Of a stretch of 64,000 nt of DNA, positions 51,521-64,000 are shown in pieces. The DNA is from Lentisphaerae bacterium RIFOXYC12_FULL_60_16. GTDB taxonomy: Bacteria > Verrucomicrobiota > Kiritimatiellia > UBA8416 > YA12-FULL-60-10. The DNA is taken from positions 13,063 through 77,062 of the forward strand of contig MHBQ01000151.1 of the NCBI GenBank assembly GCA_001803315.1, given 5' to 3'. The notes beneath the pieces are model-generated. The model was not told the DNA's origin. It did no database searches and saw nothing but the letters and a program-made list of their open reading frames with translations. Numbering within the stretch: position 1 is the stretch's first letter; every line of letters begins with the position of its first letter. A program made the translations under genes and the position numbers.

Positions 51521-54500
51521 TTAACCCAACAAATCCTGTAATTTTTTTGTGGCCTCGTTTGTAGCAGCCATATCCTCTTCGGGTACCGGCTCCGCCAGCG
51601 GGACCAACTTGATGTTCCGATACAAGGGAAAGCCGGTTCCTCCCGGTATCAATTGGCCCATGATGACGTTTTCCTTGAACCCGCGCAACACATCCACCCG
51701 CCCAAGCGTTGCGGCATCGGTCAGCACCCGTGTCGTATCCTGGAACGAAGCCGCTGAAATAAAACTGTCGGTCTCCAGCGAGGATTTGGTAATGCCGAGC
51801 AGGGCAGGAGTCGCTTCTGCAGGTCGCTTACCTTCCGCCATGGCCGCGTCGTTGACTTCCAGAAACTTCTGCTTCATCACCTGTTCACCCCACAGGAACT
51901 CAGTGTCCCCGGGGTTCGTAATCCGCACTTTGCGCAACATCTGACGGACGATGATCTCAATGTGCTTGTCGTTAATTTCAACACCCTGGAGCCGGTATAC
52001 TTCCTGAACTTCGTTGACCAGGTATTCCTGCAGGGCTTGAGGTCCGCACACTTCAAGGATTTCCTGTGGAACAATCGGTCCTTCCGTCAACTGCTGTCCC
52101 TTACGGACGCGATCCCCCTTGAACACCACGATATGCTTGCCCATCGTTATCAGGTGTTCTTCCATGGCGCCGGTTACTTCATCCCGAATTACCAGGCACC
52201 GCTTGCCGCGCTGATTGGCCCCAAAATCGACCACCCCTTCAATCTTGGCGATTTCAGCGGCATCCTTGGGTTGTCGTGCCTCAAACAATTCAGCCACCCG
52301 CGGAAGACCACCCGTAATATCCCGCGTCTTGGACTCCTTACGCGGCAGCTTGGCGAGCAATTCGCCGGGCAACACTTTCCGCCCTTCCCGCACCATCACG
52401 TGCGCACCGGCCGGAATGCTGTAAAACGCATGGATCTGCTGGCCGGAAGGATCCTTGACGATGATCTGCGGATGCAAGTCTTCCTTGGTCTCCAACACCA
52501 CGGTACCGCGCAAACCCGTCGCCTCATCGACTTCCTTTTTAACGCTGACGTTCTCGACAAAATCATGGAAGCTGACAATACCTTCCTGTTCCGCCAGCAC
52601 CGGCACACTGTAGGGGTCCCATTCCGCCAGGCAGGCACCCTTTGAAATACGCCCGCCATCCGGGACATGCACGATGGCACCGATCGCCATGATGTATCGC
52701 TCCATTTCATGGCCGCTCTCATCATGCAGGCTGATCGATCCATTCTTGTTCAGAACAACCGTCTTGCCTTCCTTGTTCTGCACCACACGCAAATCATGGT
52801 ACTTCACGATACCGGCATTCTTCACCATGACTTCCGGCTGCTTGAACACGGAACTGGCCGTTCCACCGATATGGAACGTACGCATCGTCAGCTGGGTGCC
52901 CGGTTCGCCAATGGACTGGGCGGCTATGATACCGACGGCGGTACCCACATCCACCGTCTTACCGCGCGACAAGTCCCACCCGTAGCATTTCGCACAAATC
53001 CCGTCGCGCGACTCGCACGTCAACACACTGCGGATCCGGACTGACTCAATGCCGGCTTCCTCAAGGCGCTTGCAGGCCTCCTCATCCACTTCCATTCCGG
53101 CGCGCACCAGCAAGGCCCCCGTGCGCGGATCCGTCAAATCGTTCAACACGGTGCGTCCAACCAGACGGGTTTTGAGCGAGACCAATTCTTCGTCACCTTC
53201 CGTAATGGCGGCGACTTCAATCCCGTTCACGGTATTGCAGTCCTGTTCAACGATGATGACATCCTGCGATACATCCACCAGTTTACGAGTCAGGTAACCT
53301 GCATCGGCCGTCTTTAACGCGGTATCAGCCAATCCCTTGCGGGCGCCATGCGTGCTGATGAAATATTCCAACACGCTCAGCCCCTCACGGAAATTGGACA
53401 AGATCGGGCGTTCGATGATCTCACCGGACGGTTTGGCCATCAACCCACGCATACCGGCCAGCTGACGGATCTGCTGACGACTTCCGCGCGCCTTTGAATC
53501 CACCATCATGAAGACCGGATTGATCTCATTACTGCCGGCATTTTCCTCAATGGCCCGGTACATCACGTTGGCAATTTCTTCCGTGGCATGCGTCCAGATA
53601 TCCACGATCTTGTTGTATCGTTCACCATCGGTGATAACACCCTGCTTGTACTGCTGCTCCACCTCGCCGACCTGTCGGAAAGCGTCATCCAGCACCATCT
53701 GCTTCTCACGCGGAATAACCAGATCGCCCATGCCGATCGAAACACCAGCCAGGGTGGCATTCTCAAACCCAAGTTTCTTTAAATCATCCAGTACCCGGAC
53801 CGTACACTCCTGCCCTGCAAGCTTGTGGCAGTTCCAGATCAACTGACCCAGAAAACCCTTGTCAACCAGGCGATTGACAAATCCCATGCTCGCCGGCCAG
53901 ATCTCGTTGAAAAAGACCCGACCGACCGTGGTTGACAATAATTTAGCCTGCTTGTCCCCGAAGATCGTATCCCGATCCAGGTCCGGATTCCGGAAACGGA
54001 TCCGGTTGTGCAGCTTCAAGACGCCTTCTTCCACCCCCAACCGCACGTCATTCACGTCGGAAAGAATCGGAAGGTGCTCCATCTCGGGACGGGCCGTTTT
54101 CACAAACTGGTTCATCCGGAATTTCTGGCTGTCAGAGGTCAGATAATAGATCCCCAGGGTAATATCCTGGGTCGGGGTCATGATGGATCGGCCGCTGGAC
54201 GGGGAGAAGATGCTGTTGGTGGACATCATCAACAAACGCGATTCCATTTGCGCTTCCACCGACAACGGCACGTGAACGGCCATCTGGTCACCATCGAAGT
54301 CCGCATTAAACGCCGTGCAGACCAAAGGATGGATCTGAATCGCATCCCCTTCAACCAGGATCGGCTCGAACGACTGGATGCTCAACCGGTGCAGGGTGGG
54401 CGCCCGGTTCAACATGACCGTCTTGCCACGGGTCACTTCCTCAAGAATATCCCACACTTCATCACTCTGCCGCTCGATGAGCTTCTTGGCACTGCGAACG

Positions 54501-55654
54501 GTATGTACCACGCCCATTTCCTTCAAACGGCGGATGATAAACGGCTCAAACAGGACCAGCGCCATCTTCTTGGGCAGCCCGCACTGATGCAATTTCAACT
54601 CAGGCCCGATAACGATGACGGACCGTCCGGAATAATCAACCCGTTTGCCCAGCAGGTTCTGGCGGAAACGACCCCCTTTACCCCGCAACATGTCACTAAG
54701 CGATTTCAGGGGCCGATTCCCGGCGCCGGTCACGGGTCGGCCATGCCGCCCATTGTCAAAAACCGCATCAACCGCTTCCTGCAACATGCGCTTTTCATTC
54801 CGGATGATGACATCCGGCGTCTTGAGTTGCTGCAGATTGCGCAACCGGTTGTTCCGGTTAATCACACGGCGGTACAAATCATTCAGATCGGACGTGGCAA
54901 ACCGCCCGCCCTCAAGCGGTACCAGGGGACGCAATTCAGGGGGAATAACCGGAAGCACATCCAAAATCATCCATTCCGGACGCGTCTGGCTGGTCCGGAA
55001 TCCCTCAACAATCTTCATCCGCTTGGAAATTTTCTTGCGGGTCTGCTTACTCTTGGTCTTTTCCATCTGGTCTTCGAGTTCACCCATCATCGAATCCAGA
55101 TCAATCCGCGTCAGGGCATCCCGGATGGCTTCAGCCCCCATCTTGGCCTGAAACCCGTCTCCGAACTTTTCCAACGCTTCGCGATATTCAATCTCGGTAA
55201 GCAGCTGCTTGTCCTGGAGCGACGTCTCTCCCGGATTCACCACCAGGTAATCCTCATAATACAGGACCCGCTCCAATGCCGTGGAGGTCATGTCCAGCAT
55301 CAACCCGATCCGGCTGGGGGTACACTTGAAAAACCAGATATGGCAAACGGGAACGGCCAGCTCGATATGCCCCATGCGTTCACGGCGAACCCGCGATACC
55401 GTCACCTCAACGCCGCAACGGTCACAGATGACGCCCTTGTGTTTGATCCGCTTGTATTTTCCGCAACTGCACTCCCAGTCCCGTGTCGGACCAAAAATAC
55501 GTTCGCAGAACAAGCCACCCCGTTCCGGCTTGTAGGTCCGGTAATTGATGGTTTCCGGATTCTTTACCTCACCCCGGCTCCACGACCGGATGGATTCCGG
55601 CGACGCCAGGGTGATCCGAACCGAATCAAACCGTTCAAATTCCGTCAGCCCCAT
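51521..55654 (-). CDS. rpoC: DNA-directed RNA polymerase subunit beta-prime
   Basis: Zn finger [20 protein letters not shown], catalytic NADFDGDQM. Start is ATG 55654 ([20 protein letters not shown]) or TTG 55681. Confidence 0.98.
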   Translation of the reverse strand: MGLTEFERFDSVRITLASPESIRSWSRGEVKNPETINYRTYKPERGGLFCERIFGPTRDWECSCGKYKRIKHKGVICDRCGVEVTVSRVRRERMGHIELAVPVCHIWFFKCTPSRIGLMLDMTSTALERVLYYEDYLVVNPGETSLQDKQLLTEIEYREALEKFGDGFQAKMGAEAIRDALTRIDLDSMMGELEDQMEKTKSKQTRKKISKRMKIVEGFRTSQTRPEWMILDVLPVIPPELRPLVPLEGGRFATSDLNDLYRRVINRNNRLRNLQQLKTPDVIIRNEKRMLQEAVDAVFDNGRHGRPVTGAGNRPLKSLSDMLRGKGGRFRQNLLGKRVDYSGRSVIVIGPELKLHQCGLPKKMALVLFEPFIIRRLKEMGVVHTVRSAKKLIERQSDEVWDILEEVTRGKTVMLNRAPTLHRLSIQSFEPILVEGDAIQIHPLVCTAFNADFDGDQMAVHVPLSVEAQMESRLLMMSTNSIFSPSSGRSIMTPTQDITLGIYYLTSDSQKFRMNQFVKTARPEMEHLPILSDVNDVRLGVEEGVLKLHNRIRFRNPDLDRDTIFGDKQAKLLSTTVGRVFFNEIWPASMGFVNRLVDKGFLGQLIWNCHKLAGQECTVRVLDDLKKLGFENATLAGVSIGMGDLVIPREKQMVLDDAFRQVGEVEQQYKQGVITDGERYNKIVDIWTHATEEIANVMYRAIEENAGSNEINPVFMMVDSKARGSRQQIRQLAGMRGLMAKPSGEIIERPILSNFREGLSVLEYFISTHGARKGLADTALKTADAGYLTRKLVDVSQDVIIVEQDCNTVNGIEVAAITEGDEELVSLKTRLVGRTVLNDLTDPRTGALLVRAGMEVDEEACKRLEEAGIESVRIRSVLTCESRDGICAKCYGWDLSRGKTVDVGTAVGIIAAQSIGEPGTQLTMRTFHIGGTASSVFKQPEVMVKNAGIVKYHDLRVVQNKEGKTVVLNKNGSISLHDESGHEMERYIMAIGAIVHVPDGGRISKGACLAEWDPYSVPVLAEQEGIVSFHDFVENVSVKKEVDEATGLRGTVVLETKEDLHPQIIVKDPSGQQIHAFYSIPAGAHVMVREGRKVLPGELLAKLPRKESKTRDITGGLPRVAELFEARQPKDAAEIAKIEGVVDFGANQRGKRCLVIRDEVTGAMEEHLITMGKHIVVFKGDRVRKGQQLTEGPIVPQEILEVCGPQALQEYLVNEVQEVYRLQGVEINDKHIEIIVRQMLRKVRITNPGDTEFLWGEQVMKQKFLEVNDAAMAEGKRPAEATPALLGITKSSLETDSFISAASFQDTTRVLTDAATLGRVDVLRGFKENVIMGQLIPGGTGFPLYRNIKLVPLAEPVPEEDMAATNEATKKLQDLLG

Positions 55655-55706
55655 TGCTTCTCTTGCACCGTAATGATTCAATTCCTACCTCCGGGATTGA
55701 CAGTGG

Positions 55707-59477
<3,771 letters not shown>

Positions 59478-59513
59478 CCGGCACCCCTCGAATTTGAGGA
59501 AAATTCAACGACC

Positions 59514-59544
59514 GGGTTCACCACCGATCAACCACGGTGAACCC
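59514..59544 (-). terminator. putative attenuator hairpin in the rplL-rpoB spacer
   Basis: Perfect 9-bp stem GGGTTCACC/GGTGAACCC with a 13-nt loop. On the coding strand it is followed about 10 nt later by a short TTTT. Confidence 0.4.
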
Positions 59545-59553
59545 TGCCGAAAA

Positions 59554-59967
59554 CTACTTGATCTCAACGGACGCGCCAGCGGCTTCGAGCTTCTTCTTAA
59601 GCTCTTCCGCCTCGGCCTTGGCAACACCTTCCTTGACCGGCTTCGGGCATCCTTCAACCAGGTCCTTGGCTTCTTTCAAGCCGAGACCGGTGATCGTGCG
59701 AATCTCTTTGATTACGCCGATCTTGTTGGCCCCGAATCCAGACAGGATTACGGTAAACTCAGACTGCTCTTCGGCCTTGGCCGCTTCGCCGCCCGCTGCG
59801 CCACCGCCCGCAACCGCCGCCATCGCCACCGGAGCAGCAGCCGTCACACCCAGCCGGTCCTCCAGCACCTTGACGAGTTGCGAGAGTTCCAGCACGCTGA
59901 TCTTCTCGATCCATTCCACGAACTCAAGCATTTTGCCTTCTGCAACCACTTTATTTTCTTCCGCCAT
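59554..59967 (-). CDS. rplL: 50S ribosomal protein L7/L12
   Basis: Ala/Gly hinge, [24 protein letters not shown]. Confidence 0.97.
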   Translation of the reverse strand: MAEENKVVAEGKMLEFVEWIEKISVLELSQLVKVLEDRLGVTAAAPVAMAAVAGGGAAGGEAAKAEEQSEFTVILSGFGANKIGVIKEIRTITGLGLKEAKDLVEGCPKPVKEGVAKAEAEELKKKLEAAGASVEIK

Positions 59968-60021
59968 GACGCGTCTCTCCTGTCGTTACACGCCCGCAAG
60001 GGCGATTGATCACACCCGGGC

Positions 60022-60531
60022 TCAGCCCTTCTTCCGACCGGCCGCCTGGAGTACATAAACCAAGCTCAACAACTTCTGCTGCATCACACCCACCACCTGA
60101 CGCATCGGGGCAACCAGCGTTCCAGCCAACTGGCCATACAACACCTCACGTGAAGGCACCGAGGCAAGCGCCTCCACGGAAGCCGGGGACAATACGGTCT
60201 GCCCCAACATGCCACCCCGAACCTTGAACACCGCCTGCTCTTTCGCAAACGCCCGTACAATCCTGGCGACACGGGTCACTTCACCACCCGTGATCATCCC
60301 CAATGGCCCCTCCAGCATGGCGGCCATGGAGTCCCGTCCGCACTGGCTGGCGGCAACGGTCAAAAACGTATTTTTTACCACCTTAAAGCGGGTCTGCTCT
60401 TTCGCCAGCCGCCCCCGCAGGTCGTTCAATGCCGAAACCTTGAGCCCGCGATATTCGGTCAACAGCACGTAGGAAGAACCTTCAAGCTGATCGCGGATCT
60501 CTTTTACGATGGATTCTTTTTCCAGTCTCAT
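60022..60531 (-). CDS. rplJ: 50S ribosomal protein L10
   Basis: MRLEKESIVKEIRDQL (ATG at 60531; the track start is GTG 60537), YRGLKVSALNDLR. Confidence 0.95.
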   Translation of the reverse strand: MRLEKESIVKEIRDQLEGSSYVLLTEYRGLKVSALNDLRGRLAKEQTRFKVVKNTFLTVAASQCGRDSMAAMLEGPLGMITGGEVTRVARIVRAFAKEQAVFKVRGGMLGQTVLSPASVEALASVPSREVLYGQLAGTLVAPMRQVVGVMQQKLLSLVYVLQAAGRKKG

Positions 60532-60550
60532 CACCACACCCCGCGATTCA

Positions 60551-61237
60551 TCACGCTTCTTTCACAATAATCCGGACGCCGACACCCATCGTGGAGGTCA
60601 CCGTACAACGCTTCAGGAAAACACCCTTGGCCGCCGCCGGCCGCTCGGCACTTAAGGCCGCCAGAATGGTTTCTGCATTCTCCTTCAACTGCTCCACCGG
60701 GAACGAAATCTTGCCGAACGGGACATTCACATTTCCGTGCCGGTCCATCCGGAACTCCACGCGCCCCGCCTTGCTCAATTTGACGGCAGCGGCCGTATCA
60801 TCGGTCACGGTTCCCGTCTTCGGGTTGGGCATCAGGCCGCGGGGTCCCAGCACCTTGCCCAGCTTGCGGACTTCCTTCATGGCTTCCGTGGTGGCGATCG
60901 CCACATCGAAATCCGTCCATCCGCCCTGGACCTTCTGGATCATGTCGTCCATGCCAACCGCATCCGCACCGGCTGCACGGGCTGCATCCGCCGCAGGTCC
61001 CTGGGCGAATACAAGCACGCGAACCTTTTTCCCGGTGCCATGCGGAAGCGAAACCGTGCCACGGACCGTCTGTTCCGTCTTGGTGGGATCAACCCCCAGC
61101 CGGATACCGATCTCCATGGTCTCATCAAATCGACCAACCCGATTCTCCTGGAGAAACCGTATCGCATCAGCCAGTTCCAGAGACTCAGCGGGCGCCTTGC
61201 CCTTCACTGCCTTGTAACGTTTACCATGATATGCCAT
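60551..61237 (-). CDS. rplA: 50S ribosomal protein L1
   Basis: FDETMEIGIRLGVDP, LPHGTGK, GPRGLMPNPK. Confidence 0.97.
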   Translation of the reverse strand: MAYHGKRYKAVKGKAPAESLELADAIRFLQENRVGRFDETMEIGIRLGVDPTKTEQTVRGTVSLPHGTGKKVRVLVFAQGPAADAARAAGADAVGMDDMIQKVQGGWTDFDVAIATTEAMKEVRKLGKVLGPRGLMPNPKTGTVTDDTAAAVKLSKAGRVEFRMDRHGNVNVPFGKISFPVEQLKENAETILAALSAERPAAAKGVFLKRCTVTSTMGVGVRIIVKEA

Positions 61238-61263
61238 AGCGTCCTGCCCATTCCAACCAGTGT

Positions 61264-61689
61264 TCAGTCCACCACATCAACGCCCATACTGCGGGCCGAT
61301 CCTTCAATGATCCGTACGGCCGCTGCCTCATTCGCCGTGTTCAAATCCTGTATCTTCAGGCGCGCGATCTCCAGCACCTGCTGACGTGTCACCTTGCCAA
61401 CCTTGTCACGGTTCGGAACCGGAGACCCCTTGGCCAGCCCGGCAGCCCGTTTCAACAAGGTGCCGGCAGGCGGACTCTTGGTGATAAAGGTAAATGACTT
61501 ATCCGCAAACACCGTGATCACCACCGGGATCACCAATCCCGCCTGGCTCTGCGTCGCGGCGTTGAATTCCTTGCAGAACTGCATGATGTTGACACCCTGC
61601 TGCCCCAACGCAGGCCCCACCGGGGGTGCCGGATTCGCCTGGCCAGCCGGAATCTGCAACTTGATCTGTCCTGTGACTTTTTTTGCCAT
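61264..61689 (-). CDS. rplK: 50S ribosomal protein L11
   Basis: [30 protein letters not shown]. Confidence 0.97.
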   Translation of the reverse strand: MAKKVTGQIKLQIPAGQANPAPPVGPALGQQGVNIMQFCKEFNAATQSQAGLVIPVVITVFADKSFTFITKSPPAGTLLKRAAGLAKGSPVPNRDKVGKVTRQQVLEIARLKIQDLNTANEAAAVRIIEGSARSMGVDVVD

Positions 61690-61706
61690 GACCGTCTATC
61701 CCCGCA

Positions 61707-62255
61707 TCAGGCTCTTTCAACCTGCCAATATTCCAATTCCACCGGCGCCGAACGGCCAAAAATAGCCACGGACACCTTTAATTTACCCCGCGTGGGGTCC
61801 ACTTCCTCAACAACACCGCTAAAGTTTAAGAACGGCCCATCGATAATCTTCACGGTCTCACCCGGCTCAAACGTAACCTTGGGAGCCACCTTCTCGTTCC
61901 GTTCATCCACCTGATGCAAAATGCCGTCAACCTCTTCGGGCTTCAACGGAACCGGCGTCTCACCGCCCACAAACCCGATGATGCCCGGCGTATCACGAAC
62001 AAAATACCAGGCCCGATCCCGCAATTTGCGCTGCTCGTCGAACAACGCAATCTCAATCATGACATAACCGGGGAAGAACTTGCGGGTGGTTGTCGACCGG
62101 ACACCTTTCTTGACTTCCGACACTTTCTCCGTCGGAATAATCACATCCCCCACATAATCCTCAACCTCTTCAAGCTTCTTGCGACGGAGAATACTCTCCC
62201 GCACCTTGTATTCCTGCCCCGTCAGGGTATGTAGAACAAACCAGTCTTTCTGCAT
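61707..62255 (-). CDS. nusG: transcription termination/antitermination factor NusG
   Basis: WFVLHTLTGQEYKV NGN domain and a C-terminal KOW motif (GETVKIIDGPF). Confidence 0.96.
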   Translation of the reverse strand: MQKDWFVLHTLTGQEYKVRESILRRKKLEEVEDYVGDVIIPTEKVSEVKKGVRSTTTRKFFPGYVMIEIALFDEQRKLRDRAWYFVRDTPGIIGFVGGETPVPLKPEEVDGILHQVDERNEKVAPKVTFEPGETVKIIDGPFLNFSGVVEEVDPTRGKLKVSVAIFGRSAPVELEYWQVERA

Positions 62256-62267
62256 GATCGTAGTATC

Positions 62268-62462
62268 CTACGGGAACATCACTTTAAGCACGCCAACCAA
62301 GAAACCGTCACACAACGCAATAAACGTGCTGGTCAGAATCACCATGACAATAACCACCACGGTCGAATCCCACAGTTCATGCCGGGTCGGCCATGTCGTC
62401 TTCTTCATCTCCGCCCCGACATCGGCGAAGAACAACCCAACTGCCTGAAAACGCTCCCGCAT
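62268..62462 (-). CDS. secE: preprotein translocase subunit SecE
   Basis: Small single-TM protein (EMKKTTWPTRHEL...VVVIVMVILTS) between tRNA-Trp and nusG. Start is ATG 62462 or TTG 62474. Confidence 0.88.
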   Translation of the reverse strand: MRERFQAVGLFFADVGAEMKKTTWPTRHELWDSTVVVIVMVILTSTFIALCDGFLVGVLKVMFP

Positions 62463-62504
62463 AATCGACCGCAATTCCCGTCTCTATCAAACACCCGTTC
62501 CGCC

Positions 62505-62580
62505 TGGCAGGCCAGGAGGGACTTGAACCCCCAACTCCCGGTTTTGGAGACCGGTACTCTGCCAATTGAGCTACTGGCCT
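62505..62580 (-). tRNA. trnW: tRNA-Trp (anticodon CCA), 3-prime CCA encoded
   Basis: Folded by hand on the minus strand: acceptor AGGCCAG/CTGGCCT, anticodon stem CCGGT/ACCGG with loop CTCCAAA, T-arm GGGGG-TTCAAGT-CCCTC, discriminator G then CCA. Confidence 0.93.
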
Positions 62581-62599
62581 GTACCCTCCGCGCCGGAAC

Positions 62600-62752
62600 C
62601 TACTTGGTTTCCCGATGCAACGTATGCTTCCGCTCAAACCGGCAGAACTTCTTTATTTCAAACCGGTTCGGAGTGGTCCGCTTGTTCCGTGTAGTCGTAT
62701 AGTTACGCCGCTTGCACTCCGTGCACGCCAGTGTCACCAATTCCCTCGGCAT
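62600..62752 (-). CDS. rpmG: 50S ribosomal protein L33
   Basis: Hand translation gives [50 protein letters not shown]-stop. Too short for the ORF track. Confidence 0.92.
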   Translation of the reverse strand: MPRELVTLACTECKRRNYTTTRNKRTTPNRFEIKKFCRFERKHTLHRETK

Positions 62753-62779
62753 AACCGCCTCCTCAACCTGCGAACAACA

Positions 62780-62803
62780 GGCCGGGCACCCGCGTACCCG
62801 GCC
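62780..62803 (-). terminator. possible hairpin between tuf and rpmG
   Basis: GGCCGGG/CCCGGCC 7-bp GC stem with a 10-nt loop, followed on the coding strand by TGTTGTT. Weak as an intrinsic terminator. Confidence 0.3.
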
Positions 62804-62818
62804 GGATAAATCCCAGCA

Positions 62819-64000
62819 TCACTTGATGATCTTGGTAACCGTTCCGGCACCAACCGTACGCCCACCTTCACGAATGGCAAACCGCATGCGCTCTTCGAGG
62901 GCGACCGGCACGATCAAGGTCACTTCCAACGTCACACTATCACCCGGCATCACCATTTCCACACCCTCCGGCAGGGTAATGTCACCGGTTACATCCGTCG
63001 TCCGGATGTAGAATTGCGGACGGTACCCCTTGAAGAACGGGGTATGCCGGCCACCTTCATCCTTGCTCAAGACATACAAGGAAGCCGTAAACTGCGTATG
63101 GGGCGTGATCGTCCCCGGCTTGGCCAGCACCTGGCCACGTTCCACTTCTTCCTTCTTGGTGCTACGCAGCAACACACCGATATTGTCACCCGCACGACCC
63201 TCATCCAGCAGCTTGCGGAACATCTCAACACCGGTCGCAACCGTCTTGACCGTATCGCGGATACCAATGATGGCAACTTCGTCGTTGACCTTGATGATGC
63301 CACGGTCCACACGACCCGTCACCACCGTGCCACGACCTTCGATCGAGAACACATCCTCGATCGGCATCAGGAACGGTTGATCAACCACGCGAACCGGCTC
63401 CGGAACATAGGCGTCCAGCGCCTTCAGCAGCTCGGTAATGCAATTGCAGGCAGGATCATCAGTCGAAGTCGCCTTCGTCGCCGACAGGGCATCACCGCGA
63501 ATGATGGGAATCTCATCACCCGGATACTCGTATTTCGACAGCAATTCACGGACTTCAAGTTCAACCAGATCCAGCAGTTCCGGATCATCAACCAGGTCAA
63601 CCTTGTTCAAAAACACCACAATGGCCGGAACACCCACCTGTCGAGCCAGAAGGATGTGTTCACGGGTCTGCGGCATCGGGCCATCAGCCGCGCTGACCAC
63701 CAACACCGCACCGTCCATCTGCGCCGCACCGGTAATCATGTTCTTGACGTAGTCGGCGTGTCCCGGGCAATCCACATGCGCATAATGCCGGAGATCCGAG
63801 CTGTATTCCACATGCGACGTGGCAATCGTCAGGATTTTGGTCGGATCGCGACGTCCATGCGCCTCGGAAGCTTTCGCCACCTCGTCATACGGGATGTTGT
63901 TCGCCATACCCTTCAACGACTGCACTTTCGTAATGGCAGCCGTCAGGGTGGTCTTCCCATGGTCCACGTGACCGATGGTACCAACGTTCACGTGCGGTTT
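62819..64000 (-). CDS. tuf: translation elongation factor Tu (N-terminal ~10 codons outside window)
   Basis: The frame stays open to nt 64000 ([18 protein letters not shown]). [12 protein letters not shown], and the full domains II/III. Confidence 0.97.
   Translation of the reverse strand, partial: KPHVNVGTIGHVDHGKTTLTAAITKVQSLKGMANNIPYDEVAKASEAHGRRDPTKILTIATSHVEYSSDLRHYAHVDCPGHADYVKNMITGAAQMDGAVLVVSAADGPMPQTREHILLARQVGVPAIVVFLNKVDLVDDPELLDLVELEVRELLSKYEYPGDEIPIIRGDALSATKATSTDDPACNCITELLKALDAYVPEPVRVVDQPFLMPIEDVFSIEGRGTVVTGRVDRGIIKVNDEVAIIGIRDTVKTVATGVEMFRKLLDEGRAGDNIGVLLRSTKKEEVERGQVLAKPGTITPHTQFTASLYVLSKDEGGRHTPFFKGYRPQFYIRTTDVTGDITLPEGVEMVMPGDSVTLEVTLIVPVALEERMRFAIREGGRTVGAGTVTKIIK

Overview
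GC-rich bacterial chromosomal segment that is almost entirely coding and consists mainly of core housekeeping genes. I found no rRNA, CRISPR array, IS element, integrase or phage-like gene.

Layout:
(i) 1-5147, plus strand: a 5-prime-partial alpha/beta hydrolase, a GT2 glycosyltransferase, a DHH/DHHA1 phosphoesterase and a beta-CASP MBL ribonuclease. One unknown hydrolase-like gene lies on the minus strand.
(ii) 5137-26444, minus strand, tightly packed and often overlapping. In transcription order: ftsH-folP-cdaA-cdaR-ftsK-rodZ-like-rimO, a Zn-ribbon/acidic-tail protein, D-aminoacylase, galE, a C-N hydrolase, a tandem NDK-like protein, an aminotransferase, tolQ-tolR-tolA-like-tolB-pal, and pcnB.
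(iii) 26641-30649, plus strand: a compact amino-sugar-type cluster (nagA-like, nagB-family, DHDPS/NanA-family aldolase) ending in two translationally coupled, paralogous Cys-rich small proteins.
(iv) 30661-33369, minus strand: tilS and serS.
(v) 33531-64000, minus strand: one uninterrupted translation/transcription supercluster, tuf(partial)-rpmG-tRNA-Trp-secE-nusG-rplKAJL-rpoBC-rpsLG-fusA-S10/spc/alpha operons-rplQ. I translated rpmJ and rpmG by hand because they are too short for the ORF track.

The gene order (fusA directly followed by rpsJ, tuf upstream of rpmG-tRNA-Trp-secE, no rpmD, no infA) resembles what I recall for the PVC group (Chlamydiae/Verrucomicrobia relatives). That is inference only.

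I do not see a convincing novel multi-gene system. The best leads are the Cys-rich paralog pair at the end of the sugar cluster, the pseudo-dimeric NDK-like protein, and the Zn-ribbon protein with a poly-Asp/Glu tail next to rimO.

The ORF track writes GTG/TTG starts as M. I refined several starts by reading the codons directly.
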